Source: a virus
DNA: 64,000 nucleotides
Virus record (IMG/VR): IMGVR_UViG_3300032046_005540
Location: 64,001-128,000 of that record
Strand: one strand, 5' to 3'
The notes under the pieces were generated by a model. It did no database searches, was not told the DNA's origin, and saw nothing but the letters and a program-made list of their open reading frames with translations. Of this stretch, positions 38,558 to 47,961 are shown one piece after another (position 1 is the stretch's first letter; the number at the start of each line of letters is the position of its first letter). A program made the translations under genes and the position numbers.

Positions 38558-39216
38558 TAAACGGAAAGAAGATTATCAAACTTTTCTAAAAATTTCAAAT
38601 AAAAAGAGTGTAATTTCTTAATCAAAGACTCAAGATCAATATTCTTTTCTGCTTTATAGTAACAAAGATATAGATCAAACCAATATTGACTTTCGTCATA
38701 CCATTGCCATAAATCTTTCAATCTTTTATAACACACCTCATATTCTTTAGAAGACAATTTATACAAAAGAACATTTTCTAATATATAATGCTTTTCTTTA
38801 ACTTTATTAAATATTTGACTTTCAATACTCTCACGAACTTCTCGAAATTTCATAATAGTTGTATCATCAGTTTTTGATTCAAGATTTTCCAACTTTCTTT
38901 TTAAAGTATCTAACGAAAAATTATTTTCATATCCAACCTTTTCAGCTAAAAAATGAACTGTTTCTTGAAACGATTTATGTTCTATTTCCATTACAAAATC
39001 AAAAACACTTGAACCTTTCTTACAACCAAAGCAATACCAAGTATTAGTTAAAGGAAATACAAAAAAACTCTTTGTTCTATTATCTGGGTGAAAAGGACAT
39101 AAAGATACATAATTATCTCCTGATTCTTCCAAAGGAATATTATATTCCTCAACTAAAGAAACAATATCAACTTTTTCTATGAGTTCACTTAAATCTATTT
39201 TTTTAAAATTAATCAT
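38557..39216 (-). CDS. Primase CHC2 zinc-finger domain protein (stand-alone)
   Basis: LCPFH.D...SF...WYCFGC...SVFDFVM. Confidence 0.9.
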   Translation of the reverse strand: MINFKKIDLSELIEKVDIVSLVEEYNIPLEESGDNYVSLCPFHPDNRTKSFFVFPLTNTWYCFGCKKGSSVFDFVMEIEHKSFQETVHFLAEKVGYENNFSLDTLKRKLENLESKTDDTTIMKFREVRESIESQIFNKVKEKHYILENVLLYKLSSKEYEVCYKRLKDLWQWYDESQYWFDLYLCYYKAEKNIDLESLIKKLHSFYLKFLEKFDNLLSV

Positions 39217-39220
39217 TCAA

Positions 39221-39481
39221 CTATTTCTCGTTTTTTAATTTAGATTCCATCAATAAGTCATCAATTACTTTTCGACTTCTCTCAAAAGTTAATCCAACTT
39301 TCAATCCAGTAGAATATGTATTTTGACAAACATCTTTTTCAAAAAAGTCAAGAATTTCCTTACTTGGTAAAGAAACATTTCTATCAGTTTGAACAAATCT
39401 AATCTCTACCGATGGGATAAGACTATTAATTTCTAAAGTAAATAAATATAGTTTCCCATCCTCTGATTCAAAATATAACAT
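39221..39481 (-). CDS. Hypothetical protein
   Basis: ORF with RBS. Confidence 0.5.
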   Translation of the reverse strand: MLYFESEDGKLYLFTLEINSLIPSVEIRFVQTDRNVSLPSKEILDFFEKDVCQNTYSTGLKVGLTFERSRKVIDDLLMESKLKNEK

Positions 39482-39496
39482 TTTTATTTCCTCCTT

Positions 39497-40888
39497 TTAG
39501 AAGTCTTGTTCATCTCTTTTTGCTTTCTTCCAAATTTCTTGTAATTTATCTAAATCACCTATAAAATTTACACCAAAATCAGCAAATAATTCAATAGCTT
39601 TTGATTCACTATATCTACTCGCTACAATCTTTAAATAAACTTTTTTAGCGTGTTGAGTTGCCATTTCTTGTGCATTATTAATTCCATGCCAAATATTAAG
39701 GATTAAATCACAATGGGCTGCAGCCATATCTGAAAGAGCTACGTGTTCAGTATCCACTTCTTCCCTTTGAACATCTAAAGACCTTCTATTTTGTTGTGCC
39801 GCGGTCAATATAGATACCTTATAAGCTCTCGCAATCTCTTTTAATTCTCGAAATACATTATCATATTTTTCTGACCTATCTCTAAACTTTTCATCAGGTC
39901 TCATTAAATTAGCATAATCAATTAAAATATTATCAGGCTTAACTCCAAACACTTTTTTATGTAATTCTATTTCATAACCAACCCTCGAAGGTGTTATTCC
40001 TCGAGAAATATCAACTACATAAAAAGGACATTTTCTTTCTTTAAGATGCTCTAAAGTGTTCCTATAAATCTTTTCCTCTTCCTCAGTTAATTTAGCATCT
40101 CTTAAATCATTAAAAGAAATGCCGGTATATCTACTTTCCCACATTAATTGAAGCATTGCTAATTCCATTTCAATAGTAATATACATAACTTTATAACCTA
40201 AATCCGCGTCATTACATCCTACATTAAATAGAAAACGGCTTTTGCCTCTTTTCATTCTTCCAAAGACCATTGCAAGTTTTGAAGGAAATTGACCTCCAGT
40301 TGTTTGATCTAATTCAGTCATTCCATAAGGAATTCCTTTGTATTTTTCTGGATGTTCTTTTTTATCTAAATATTCTTTCCATCTTATCTCAGGATCTTCA
40401 TCAAGAAGAAGTCTACGAGTAACTTCATTTGAAGAATCGAATGTTTTAATATTTAAAATCTTTCCAGTAATATCTGACAAAGAATTAGAAATATTTCGGT
40501 CATTTGCTAAATCTTCTACCATATCAAAAGCAGTATTGTATAGTTCTCTTTTAATTTCTAATTCTTTCAACTCATCCAAATAAAACCTGAACCCAGAATC
40601 ATCTACAAATGTTTTTGATAACTCTCCATGTAAAGTTAATAAAGTAAATTGAAGATCAGTAGAAAACTCTTTTTCATTTCTTTTCAAAAACTTCTCTAAA
40701 ATATCGTAAGATAAAGTTTTATGATATTTTTCAAAATATCTACTTATTAAGTCAAATAACTTTTTATGATTTTCATCACAAAATGTTGAAACTTTAATTT
40801 TAGAAAGAGTTTCCTCTATATAACTAACATCTTTAAGTAGATATGAAAGAATAGTTTTTTCAACTACATTATCATTAAATTTTACCAT
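39497..40888 (-). CDS. dnaB: DnaB-like replicative helicase
   Basis: GRMKRGKS, ITIEM, IDYANLM, LKEIAR, TAAQQNR. Confidence 0.88.
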   Translation of the reverse strand: MVKFNDNVVEKTILSYLLKDVSYIEETLSKIKVSTFCDENHKKLFDLISRYFEKYHKTLSYDILEKFLKRNEKEFSTDLQFTLLTLHGELSKTFVDDSGFRFYLDELKELEIKRELYNTAFDMVEDLANDRNISNSLSDITGKILNIKTFDSSNEVTRRLLLDEDPEIRWKEYLDKKEHPEKYKGIPYGMTELDQTTGGQFPSKLAMVFGRMKRGKSRFLFNVGCNDADLGYKVMYITIEMELAMLQLMWESRYTGISFNDLRDAKLTEEEEKIYRNTLEHLKERKCPFYVVDISRGITPSRVGYEIELHKKVFGVKPDNILIDYANLMRPDEKFRDRSEKYDNVFRELKEIARAYKVSILTAAQQNRRSLDVQREEVDTEHVALSDMAAAHCDLILNIWHGINNAQEMATQHAKKVYLKIVASRYSESKAIELFADFGVNFIGDLDKLQEIWKKAKRDEQDF

Positions 40889-40890
40889 AT

Positions 40891-41628
40891 TTATTCACTT
40901 TTTTTAGACTTTGGAAAGTTTACAAAAAATGGCATCGCAACATCAAAAGTAAGTCTTGGATCTTTAAAACTTTTAACTACTTCATAATAAGATTTCAAAG
41001 GCATTCCATTCCACTTTTTTTCATTCCACAACTTATTTAACTTTGTACCCTTTGCAGGCCTACAATACATTGCGTGAACTTGAATAATATTAGGAAGAGA
41101 CAAAGATTGTTCTAATGATTCTCTAAACTCCTTTATAGCAGTTTCATTATCTGTTACATAAGGTTTTGCTAATATATAAATAATATACTCAAAATTTCTA
41201 TTTTCACTAACTAACTTTTTTACATCTTCAAAATCAAAACCCTTTCCAATCTCTTTACTTCTATTAGGAAATACCGTCTCTAAACCAATACAAACTTCCA
41301 TTTCAATTTCAGGTTTTTCATTTGGAATAAATTCAGGTCTTGATTCTACTCTTAATTTTTTAACGCCATTTTCTTTTAAATACTTGATAACATCTCTCCA
41401 AGAAACTTGCATTTGTTCTAAATCAAAAAAGGATCCAGAATTAAAAATTCTAAAGTATTCAGGATACCCTCCATATGTTTCTTTACATGTTTTGAATTGG
41501 TCCCAAATATCTTCAGGAGTTGTTTCTGGATCCGTATCTTTTTTGAATCCACAGAAAATGCATCTACCCCATCTACAAGGCTTTACTCTTAAGCAAATTG
41601 TATTTTTATCCATCCAAACACATTTCAT
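40891..41628 (-). CDS. RaSEA-like archaeosine biosynthesis radical SAM enzyme
   Basis: CRWGRCIFCG cluster motif, IFNSGSFFD, VESRPEFI, IGLET, KG.DF, Y.LAKP. Confidence 0.8.
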   Translation of the reverse strand: MKCVWMDKNTICLRVKPCRWGRCIFCGFKKDTDPETTPEDIWDQFKTCKETYGGYPEYFRIFNSGSFFDLEQMQVSWRDVIKYLKENGVKKLRVESRPEFIPNEKPEIEMEVCIGLETVFPNRSKEIGKGFDFEDVKKLVSENRNFEYIIYILAKPYVTDNETAIKEFRESLEQSLSLPNIIQVHAMYCRPAKGTKLNKLWNEKKWNGMPLKSYYEVVKSFKDPRLTFDVAMPFFVNFPKSKKSE

Positions 41629-41769
41629 TCATATCCTCCCTCTCTTCTAATCTCCTCAACTCAATATCTATCTCTTTAAGTTTTTTACTTTTTTTATCAA
41701 GTTCTTTTTCCAAATGAACAATTTGAAGTTCTAATTGACCTTTCTTTCTTTTCAAACAATTGTAGTCTT

Positions 41770-42561
41770 TCATATTATCCCCTTTATTTTTTCAGCTTCG
41801 GTAGGAGTATCAATCCCACACAATTTAATAATTTCTAAAAATGGTTCATACCTATGAAAATTCCTATATTCGTCAAATTTATTAATTGAAAAATACTTTT
41901 TACATCTTAAATAAACTTGCCACAAATCCGGATACGAATTATTATATTTAAGAACAAACGGATGTTCCCAAAATTCTTCAGGAACTACTCCAATAGTAGT
42001 AATTACTACTTTATAATATTCGTCTAAATTTTCTATTTTCGCATATATCTCCTTATGAGTTTTTGAAGTGTTATAAGGTCTTTCAGCAGAACAAGACAAA
42101 AGTAAACATTTCTTTTTATCAGTTTTAAAACTACTCATTTGATCTAACAATTCACGAATATACAACCTATTATAAGAATGGAAACTTGATACCATTATCT
42201 TTTTATCTTCAGGTAAAATATCTTTAGTAACCCCTTTCAAATCAACTTGCATTAGAATATCAGAACAAATAGGAGTAAAAGAAGCAAACATTTCTATTAA
42301 ATCACGAAGACAACCTTTTTCTTTTGCCCTCTCTATCCAATTCAAAATTTCTTCAATAGAATAAATAGACCATAATCCATAATTAATATCTTTGTGAACA
42401 CTTTCTTTTTCAACCTCATGACCAAAATAAATCAAAAACGGAACTTGACTTAATGGTGCGTTCTTTACAAACCACTTCTCTTTCAACCCACGAGAAGCAA
42501 AAGATTTGAGTGCGGTTCCATTATAAACAAAAGGATATTTTTTAAAATCAACGGTTTTCAT
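41770..42561 (-). CDS. ArcS-like (DUF5591) archaeosine synthase catalytic domain, no PUA domain
   Basis: LLLSCSAERPYNTSKTH matches the ArcS PCxxxKPYxxSxxH motif; VITTIGVVPEE...Y. Confidence 0.75.
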   Translation of the reverse strand: MKTVDFKKYPFVYNGTALKSFASRGLKEKWFVKNAPLSQVPFLIYFGHEVEKESVHKDINYGLWSIYSIEEILNWIERAKEKGCLRDLIEMFASFTPICSDILMQVDLKGVTKDILPEDKKIMVSSFHSYNRLYIRELLDQMSSFKTDKKKCLLLSCSAERPYNTSKTHKEIYAKIENLDEYYKVVITTIGVVPEEFWEHPFVLKYNNSYPDLWQVYLRCKKYFSINKFDEYRNFHRYEPFLEIIKLCGIDTPTEAEKIKGII

Positions 42562-42729
42562 ATTGCCTTAATAAAAGTTTTTATTGCTTTACAAATTTCA
42601 CAATGAGTAACAAAAGACTTTGCAGGTTTATTCTTTCTTTTAAATCCTAAAAATTTTCCTCTCCATTCCGCCACTATATCGATTTTTACATTACCACATT
42701 GCTCACATTTGTATGAAATAGCTTTCATT

Positions 42730-43044
42730 TTATTTACCTCCTAAATTTTCAAATTCCTCGCAAGCTTTTTTAAAAACTTCTTTTTTTGTTTTTCTATTAT
42801 AAATAAAACTTTTACTGCCTAAACATTCTTCTACTTCATTCTCTTCGATTTTTTTAAATATTATAAATTCAGGTTCATAATATTTTGAATCTCCTCTACC
42901 ACACCAAGCAGTTTTTCCACCTACCTTACATAACATACCAATTTCTGTTTCTTTTATAATTTCTACATTCGCTCCGAAATCTACCCCAGGCACTTCTATA
43001 CAATTTTTTCCTTTTTCGTTAGTATATCTTTTTATAGTAGCCAT
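42730..43044 (-). CDS. Hypothetical protein
   Basis: ORF fits operon spacing. Confidence 0.55.
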   Translation of the reverse strand: MATIKRYTNEKGKNCIEVPGVDFGANVEIIKETEIGMLCKVGGKTAWCGRGDSKYYEPEFIIFKKIEENEVEECLGSKSFIYNRKTKKEVFKKACEEFENLGGK

Positions 43045-43787
43045 TATTTTTCTCCTAACAATTCTTTTTTAATATCTTTTAAAATCTCAGGACGAAAACT
43101 TTCACCAACTAAAGGAACATTGATCAATCTCTCTGAAAAAATTTCATAAATAGTTTTACCAAAGCCTTCTAAAACTTTTGAAGGTTCCTTATTAGAAGTT
43201 ACAATAAATGGTTTTCCCGAATAATACCTTTTCTTAAACAACTCATCTAACAAAGTATCAATCAATTCTGTTTTATATTTTTTGTCTATTTCATCTACGA
43301 GTAAAAAATCCACATCTTCTATAATATAGAAAAGAAATTCTTTTGTTCTCATATCTCTTAATGCGGTATGAGCTAAATTTATCAATTCCGAAAGAAGAAT
43401 AAAATGAGCTTTATATTTTTGAGTCAAAGCCTTTTTCAAAATTGAACATCCAATAAAACTTTTACCAACACCATAAGAACCATGAATAAACAAACCAGAA
43501 CCTGTTTCGACAACTTTAGATAAATTTTCCGAATACTTACCAATAATTTCTAATGAACCGCTATTTTTATCTAAAAATGGTGAAGTAAAGTATTTAAAAT
43601 CAAGTTCCAAATCCCAATAACTTCTAGGAATATTTGCATTAAGCATATCTACATAACGCCGAAACTCATCAATACAACTACACAATTTAAAACCTTCAGG
43701 AGTTAAATAACGACCTTTACCTTCACATTTAGAACAATTGTCTAAAATCTTTATTTTTAATTTTTCTACATCTTGAACGGAATACAT
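43044..43787 (-). CDS. DnaC/IstB-like helicase loader ATPase
   Basis: N-terminal Zn site CSKC...CSC; GSYGVGKS; LLVDEI; VTSN; GESFR. Confidence 0.85.
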   Translation of the reverse strand: MYSVQDVEKLKIKILDNCSKCEGKGRYLTPEGFKLCSCIDEFRRYVDMLNANIPRSYWDLELDFKYFTSPFLDKNSGSLEIIGKYSENLSKVVETGSGLFIHGSYGVGKSFIGCSILKKALTQKYKAHFILLSELINLAHTALRDMRTKEFLFYIIEDVDFLLVDEIDKKYKTELIDTLLDELFKKRYYSGKPFIVTSNKEPSKVLEGFGKTIYEIFSERLINVPLVGESFRPEILKDIKKELLGEK

Positions 43788-43816
43788 TTATTCCTCTTTA
43801 CTTTTATCAAAACAGA

Positions 43817-43972
43817 TTAATTACCTTCTTTAATTCCCAGTTCCTTCCATTCTCTTTTTTTCAATATATCACAAGCTTCACCTAAACATAAGTTAAATTT
43901 TTCACATATTTGACATATATCCAACCCTTCTTTGAATGCTTTATAAACTTGATCTTCTAATGTCTGTTCCAT
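43817..43972 (-). CDS. Small HTH-like protein
   Basis: Likely start MEQTLED; GLDICQICEKFNL. Confidence 0.4.
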   Translation of the reverse strand: MEQTLEDQVYKAFKEGLDICQICEKFNLCLGEACDILKKREWKELGIKEGN

Positions 43973-43983
43973 TTTTATCTCCT

Positions 43984-44526
43984 TTATCTTATAATAACCT
44001 TTGTTCCAACCATTACATTTCTCCATACTATTTCTAAATCTATATCCTCTAATCTAATACAACCATGCGAAACTCTTCCCTGAACTCTTGCTCCTCTAAT
44101 ACCATGAATTCCCACTTCACCTCCTAAATCTAACTTATACTTTCCTAAATGATTCCTTATAATTCTACTTGGATCATTAGGTGGAGGAATTGGTTTTCCT
44201 TCTTCTATAAATGCCCAATCTGGTTTTCTCCAAATTGGATTTCGAATTTTAGCTACAACCTTTCTTTCTCCCGAAGGAGTTCCAAATTTCCAAACTTTGT
44301 TTCCATATTTAAGAATTTTCCCTGTTCCTATTCCACATTTAGCTTTCCAAATTGTATCAGCATCTATTATCAAATATAAAGTCTGAGAGGTCTTATCAAT
44401 TAATATATAAGTTTTAGTTGAGTCTATTGTTCGGTCATGGTAATCTACTATTCCAACTCCATAACTTTTTTGGAAGCTAAAAAGTAAACTAAAAATAATA
44501 AGACTTAAAAAAATAGTTTTAGACAT
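43984..44526 (-). CDS. L,D-transpeptidase (YkuD family) with signal peptide
   Basis: TPSG, NPIW, GIHG...SHGCIRL. Confidence 0.9.
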   Translation of the reverse strand: MSKTIFLSLIIFSLLFSFQKSYGVGIVDYHDRTIDSTKTYILIDKTSQTLYLIIDADTIWKAKCGIGTGKILKYGNKVWKFGTPSGERKVVAKIRNPIWRKPDWAFIEEGKPIPPPNDPSRIIRNHLGKYKLDLGGEVGIHGIRGARVQGRVSHGCIRLEDIDLEIVWRNVMVGTKVIIR

Positions 44527-44795
44527 AATTCATCTATTCAAGAAAATAACCAATCTATAAATTTACTAACAAACCACCAAATACCAAAAACCATTAATAT
44601 ACCTATAATAGGAATAAACAAAAGTAATACACCTTTAAATATCATATACTTTTCCTTTTCGTTGTTTTCTTCTTATCAAAAAATACACTAACAAAAATAC
44701 AATAACAACAGGATTTTGAATACATAACCAAAGAGTAGCTACACAAAGTATAATTGTTAAAAAGATATGTAAAAATTTTAAAAATATATTAATCA

Positions 44796-44996
44796 TTACT
44801 TTTCTTCTTTTTTCTTAAGACGAACAAATTTCATTCCTTGGTTTTCATAAACTTCAGCAGAACCTTCCAACAACAATATTGGTAATTCATTAAGATCCAC
44901 AAATCCGTTTGAATATCTTCCATCAATCCAACGGATATCTTCTTTTTCTAAAATCTTCAAAATGTTCTTTTTTGTCATTAGTTCTCCTTTTACCAA
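44796..44996 (-). CDS. Hypothetical protein
   Basis: ORF fits operon spacing. Confidence 0.45.
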   Translation of the reverse strand: MVKGELMTKKNILKILEKEDIRWIDGRYSNGFVDLNELPILLLEGSAEVYENQGMKFVRLKKKEEK

Positions 44997-45220
44997 TTAA
45001 TGAAGTCATCTTTCTCTTTTGCAACCTCTTCGTTAAGAGAGTCTAAAGATATCTTTATACAATCTTTAAAACCATAAGCATACATTTTATCGTCTACAAC
45101 TTCTCCCTTTTCGTCAAAAGCGAAGAATGAACCTACAAAACAAACTTCTCCTTTGTATTTCTCTATAAAATCTTCAATTGCTTTTTCTATTGCTTGAAAG
45201 TTATTTTTTGCTTTTTTCAT
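44990..45220 (-). CDS. Hypothetical protein
   Basis: ORF with GGAGGTG RBS. Confidence 0.55.
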   Translation of the reverse strand: MKKAKNNFQAIEKAIEDFIEKYKGEVCFVGSFFAFDEKGEVVDDKMYAYGFKDCIKISLDSLNEEVAKEKDDFINW

Positions 45221-45773
45221 TTTTATTCACCTCCTCTTTTCCTAAAGATTTTTTCAACTTCTCTTTTAACTCTTCTCCAGATAATTGACTCTTCGGTAAA
45301 TTTTCAATTTTAGTATCCTCTATCCTATTATACACCCTTTCACTTCGCTTGGAGACAAAATTTTTATAATTTTTTAGTTGATCGTCACTTGTTATCAATC
45401 CCATCTTAATTTTGTAATTCTCGTTTGCAGTTTCAAATAAAAAATCAATAAAGTCCTTAAATTGTTCTTTGGATAAATTTTTGTTCCTTTTCCAAAAGTT
45501 AGTAATTTTGAACGCCTCCAACCTAAAGGAAGCTGAAGATTCCATAACATATGTTTCTCCATAAGCTTCTTTATACTTCTTTAGAAAATAACGGATAAAG
45601 TGTTGACAATTCCATTCTTCCACATGAATATTCAAATCCATATCTTTGTGGTTCTTTGTGGAAAACACTTTAGGTTCTTCAAAGTCAAGCTGGTTCTTTA
45701 GGCGTTTAAGCTCCTTTTGCTGCTTTTCTAAAGTATGTAGTAGTAGGTTATATTCGATAGGGTCAATTTGCAT
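45201..45773 (-). CDS. Hypothetical protein (possibly replication-associated)
   Basis: Helical; WN..HF..YF..KY pattern. Confidence 0.5.
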   Translation of the reverse strand: MQIDPIEYNLLLHTLEKQQKELKRLKNQLDFEEPKVFSTKNHKDMDLNIHVEEWNCQHFIRYFLKKYKEAYGETYVMESSASFRLEAFKITNFWKRNKNLSKEQFKDFIDFLFETANENYKIKMGLITSDDQLKNYKNFVSKRSERVYNRIEDTKIENLPKSQLSGEELKEKLKKSLGKEEVNKNEKSKK

Positions 45774-45793
45774 TTAAGTTTCTTATTCCACTT

Positions 45794-46114
45794 TTAATTT
45801 TGAAGATATTTATCTATTACCTTTTTAAACTCTTCGTTCATTAAAACATTATTTTTTTCAAGTAACTTTTCCGCTAACTCTTTAAAAATATCTAAAGGTA
45901 ATCCCGTCCCTAAAAGCCCTTTTTTAAAAGGAACACTTTGTCCTTTTGCGTCTTTTACATTTTTCCAATCTAATACACTATATTTTAAAAAAGTCAAAAT
46001 TCGATTTATAGGGGAACCTTTTAATTTAAGCCAATTTATACCAGCTACAGGAGTAAGTTTTTGACAAATAAAAGTTGCACCCTCAATTTCAATAGTAAAT
46101 TTTTCATTAATCAT
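45794..46114 (-). CDS. Hypothetical protein, weak tail-assembly-chaperone resemblance
   Basis: VLDWKNVKDAKGQSVPF. Confidence 0.4.
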   Translation of the reverse strand: MINEKFTIEIEGATFICQKLTPVAGINWLKLKGSPINRILTFLKYSVLDWKNVKDAKGQSVPFKKGLLGTGLPLDIFKELAEKLLEKNNVLMNEEFKKVIDKYLQN

Positions 46115-46170
46115 AAAATTATATTCTCCTTTCTATTCTATAAATAGTTATGAATAATCCCCTTTATTTA

Positions 46171-46614
46171 TTATTTAATGATCTCTCGGTCTTCGGCAAC
46201 CCAATCTAACCAACTAACTCCTGTATGGGGGTTATTTCCAGCATCAACCAAAAAATGTTTGAAATATTTCTTCTCTGGATAGTTAAGGTTTGTTTGATTT
46301 AAGAATGCTTCTTTTGAATCAAATATCTCTATAAAAACCCATCCGTTACTCTCTGCCATATAGTTAGTTTTAAGATAAGAGGCAAGCGTTAGAACTTCTT
46401 CTTTAGTAGCTTTTTCAGATACTAAAATTACTTTTCGTGATCCAAGTCCATAGTCCCTAAATACTTCATATTTAATGAGAAGTTGTTCTACTTTTTCTTG
46501 CAATTGATATTGCCCAGATGGCAAGTTGTTATTTTTAGGATCATTTCCACAAGAAAGACTGAAAAGAAATATTCCTAACAAAAAAATACCCAAAACTTCT
46601 TCTATCCATTTCAT
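46171..46614 (-). CDS. Putative lipoprotein
   Basis: Likely start MKWIEE; hydrophobic stretch followed by SLSC lipobox. Confidence 0.6.
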   Translation of the reverse strand: MKWIEEVLGIFLLGIFLFSLSCGNDPKNNNLPSGQYQLQEKVEQLLIKYEVFRDYGLGSRKVILVSEKATKEEVLTLASYLKTNYMAESNGWVFIEIFDSKEAFLNQTNLNYPEKKYFKHFLVDAGNNPHTGVSWLDWVAEDREIIK

Positions 46615-46640
46615 AACTTTTCCTCCTTTTTTTAATGCTT

Positions 46641-47348
46641 TTACATCCTTCCAATAGGTAGAACACAACCAATACCTATACCTACATCCCAATTACCATG
46701 ATTTTTAGAATACATATCATAACCAAAATTCAAATTTAAAGGGCCCATTCCAACAATACATCCAAAAGATATTCCTAATTTATTATTAGACTTCATTGAT
46801 TCTTCATCTGGATTATCTTTAAGAAGATAGTCATTTTGCCAAACCCTAAATGTATCATCATGATATTTTCGATAATTTGTCCAACCATACCATCTTAAAG
46901 CCACATACGGGATTACTATATTACCCCCATATTTTTTAAAAATTTCTGGAGTATAGTTATCTCCCAATAAAATAGAATGAGATACACCTATACCTACAGA
47001 ACGAGATTCTTTTTGAATTCCCATGAATTTACTTTTATAAAAATGTTCCACTCTATCTATAGAAAAATTATAAACTTTATTCTGATCAACAAATTTACTA
47101 ACTTTCCCATCAAAATATAAACCCCACTCATGAGGTCCTGTAACTACAAAATAAAATCCTAAAGGTTGCTCTGGAAATCCTCCCACATAACCTACACCTA
47201 TATAACTTGGGGTACTTTCCAACTCTGCTCCATGAGATTTTGAAACTCCTAACAAACATACACATCCTGCACATACACAGAATAACAAGAAAATCAATGC
47301 TAATACTACTCCTATTGTTGCTCCAAATCCTTTTCTTACACTACCCAT
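46641..47348 (-). CDS. Secreted protein, outer-membrane beta-barrel-like
   Basis: N-terminal signal/TM segment; alternating G/aromatic strands (IGVGY, LNLNFGY, WDVGIGIG). Confidence 0.5.
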   Translation of the reverse strand: MGSVRKGFGATIGVVLALIFLLFCVCAGCVCLLGVSKSHGAELESTPSYIGVGYVGGFPEQPLGFYFVVTGPHEWGLYFDGKVSKFVDQNKVYNFSIDRVEHFYKSKFMGIQKESRSVGIGVSHSILLGDNYTPEIFKKYGGNIVIPYVALRWYGWTNYRKYHDDTFRVWQNDYLLKDNPDEESMKSNNKLGISFGCIVGMGPLNLNFGYDMYSKNHGNWDVGIGIGCVLPIGRM

Positions 47349-47371
47349 GACTTACCTCCTTATTTAATGTT

Positions 47372-47398
47372 AATATATTATACACAAAATCATAGGAG
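47372..47398 (-). promoter_or_regulatory. Conserved extended -10 promoter motif
   Basis: Minus strand CTCCTATGATTTTGTGTATAATATATT. Confidence 0.7.
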
Positions 47399-47429
47399 GG
47401 AGTGCTATTTATTTACTTTTTTAAAGTCT

Positions 47430-47954
47430 CTATAATACAATTTTTAATACTTTCTTCTCCTTTAAATCTAATTCATTCTCCAATCTACTATTCAAATGTC
47501 TTTTCATATCAAAACATCCTTTTGCCCCTTTAAACCAAAACTCAAATCTGTCTTCATGCAATTCTGCTTTTTTCAAAATTCTTTTTGTATTATGATAAGG
47601 AGCCAAAACAACAACCCGATTATATTTTGAAAAATCAGGGTGACTTTGTTTTATTTTTTCACTCATTTCATTCATAGTTTTCTTATTAAATTCATCAATT
47701 CGTTGCCTTTCTTCTTTAGATATATCTCTCATATATCGGGGGTATTCTTGCCAAGTATCATTGTATGGTTCAATTAAAGTATCAGGATTTAAAAACCCAT
47801 ATTTAGAAGATAAAATTACAATATCTGCTTTCAATTGTTCTGCGATACTTTTACATAATCTAAATTGAGGAGATATAGAATAACATTCTATCGCTTTTGT
47901 GGGTGCTTTTGTTTTACTTTTAGAACAACCAATAATACATAAAATTTTATTCAT
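47430..47954 (-). CDS. DUF6884-like protein
   Basis: IIGCSKSK...A..CY..SPQF...ILSSKYG...I.PYN. Confidence 0.7.
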   Translation of the reverse strand: MNKILCIIGCSKSKTKAPTKAIECYSISPQFRLCKSIAEQLKADIVILSSKYGFLNPDTLIEPYNDTWQEYPRYMRDISKEERQRIDEFNKKTMNEMSEKIKQSHPDFSKYNRVVVLAPYHNTKRILKKAELHEDRFEFWFKGAKGCFDMKRHLNSRLENELDLKEKKVLKIVL

Positions 47955-47961
47955 TTCTAAC

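Noticed and set aside
21194-40888. Inteins or introns in RecA, PolA or DnaB
   Set aside because: Lengths and motif spacing are normal with no intein-like insertions seen; the endonucleases lie between genes rather than inside them.
32539-42561. Archaeal chromosome or archaeal virus origin suggested by ArcS, RaSEA and DUF366
   Set aside because: RecA, DnaG, DnaB, PolA, a sigma factor, TATAAT promoters and an L,D-transpeptidase point to a bacterial host, and single-strand dense packing without core cellular genes points to a phage. Not formally excluded without the full contig.
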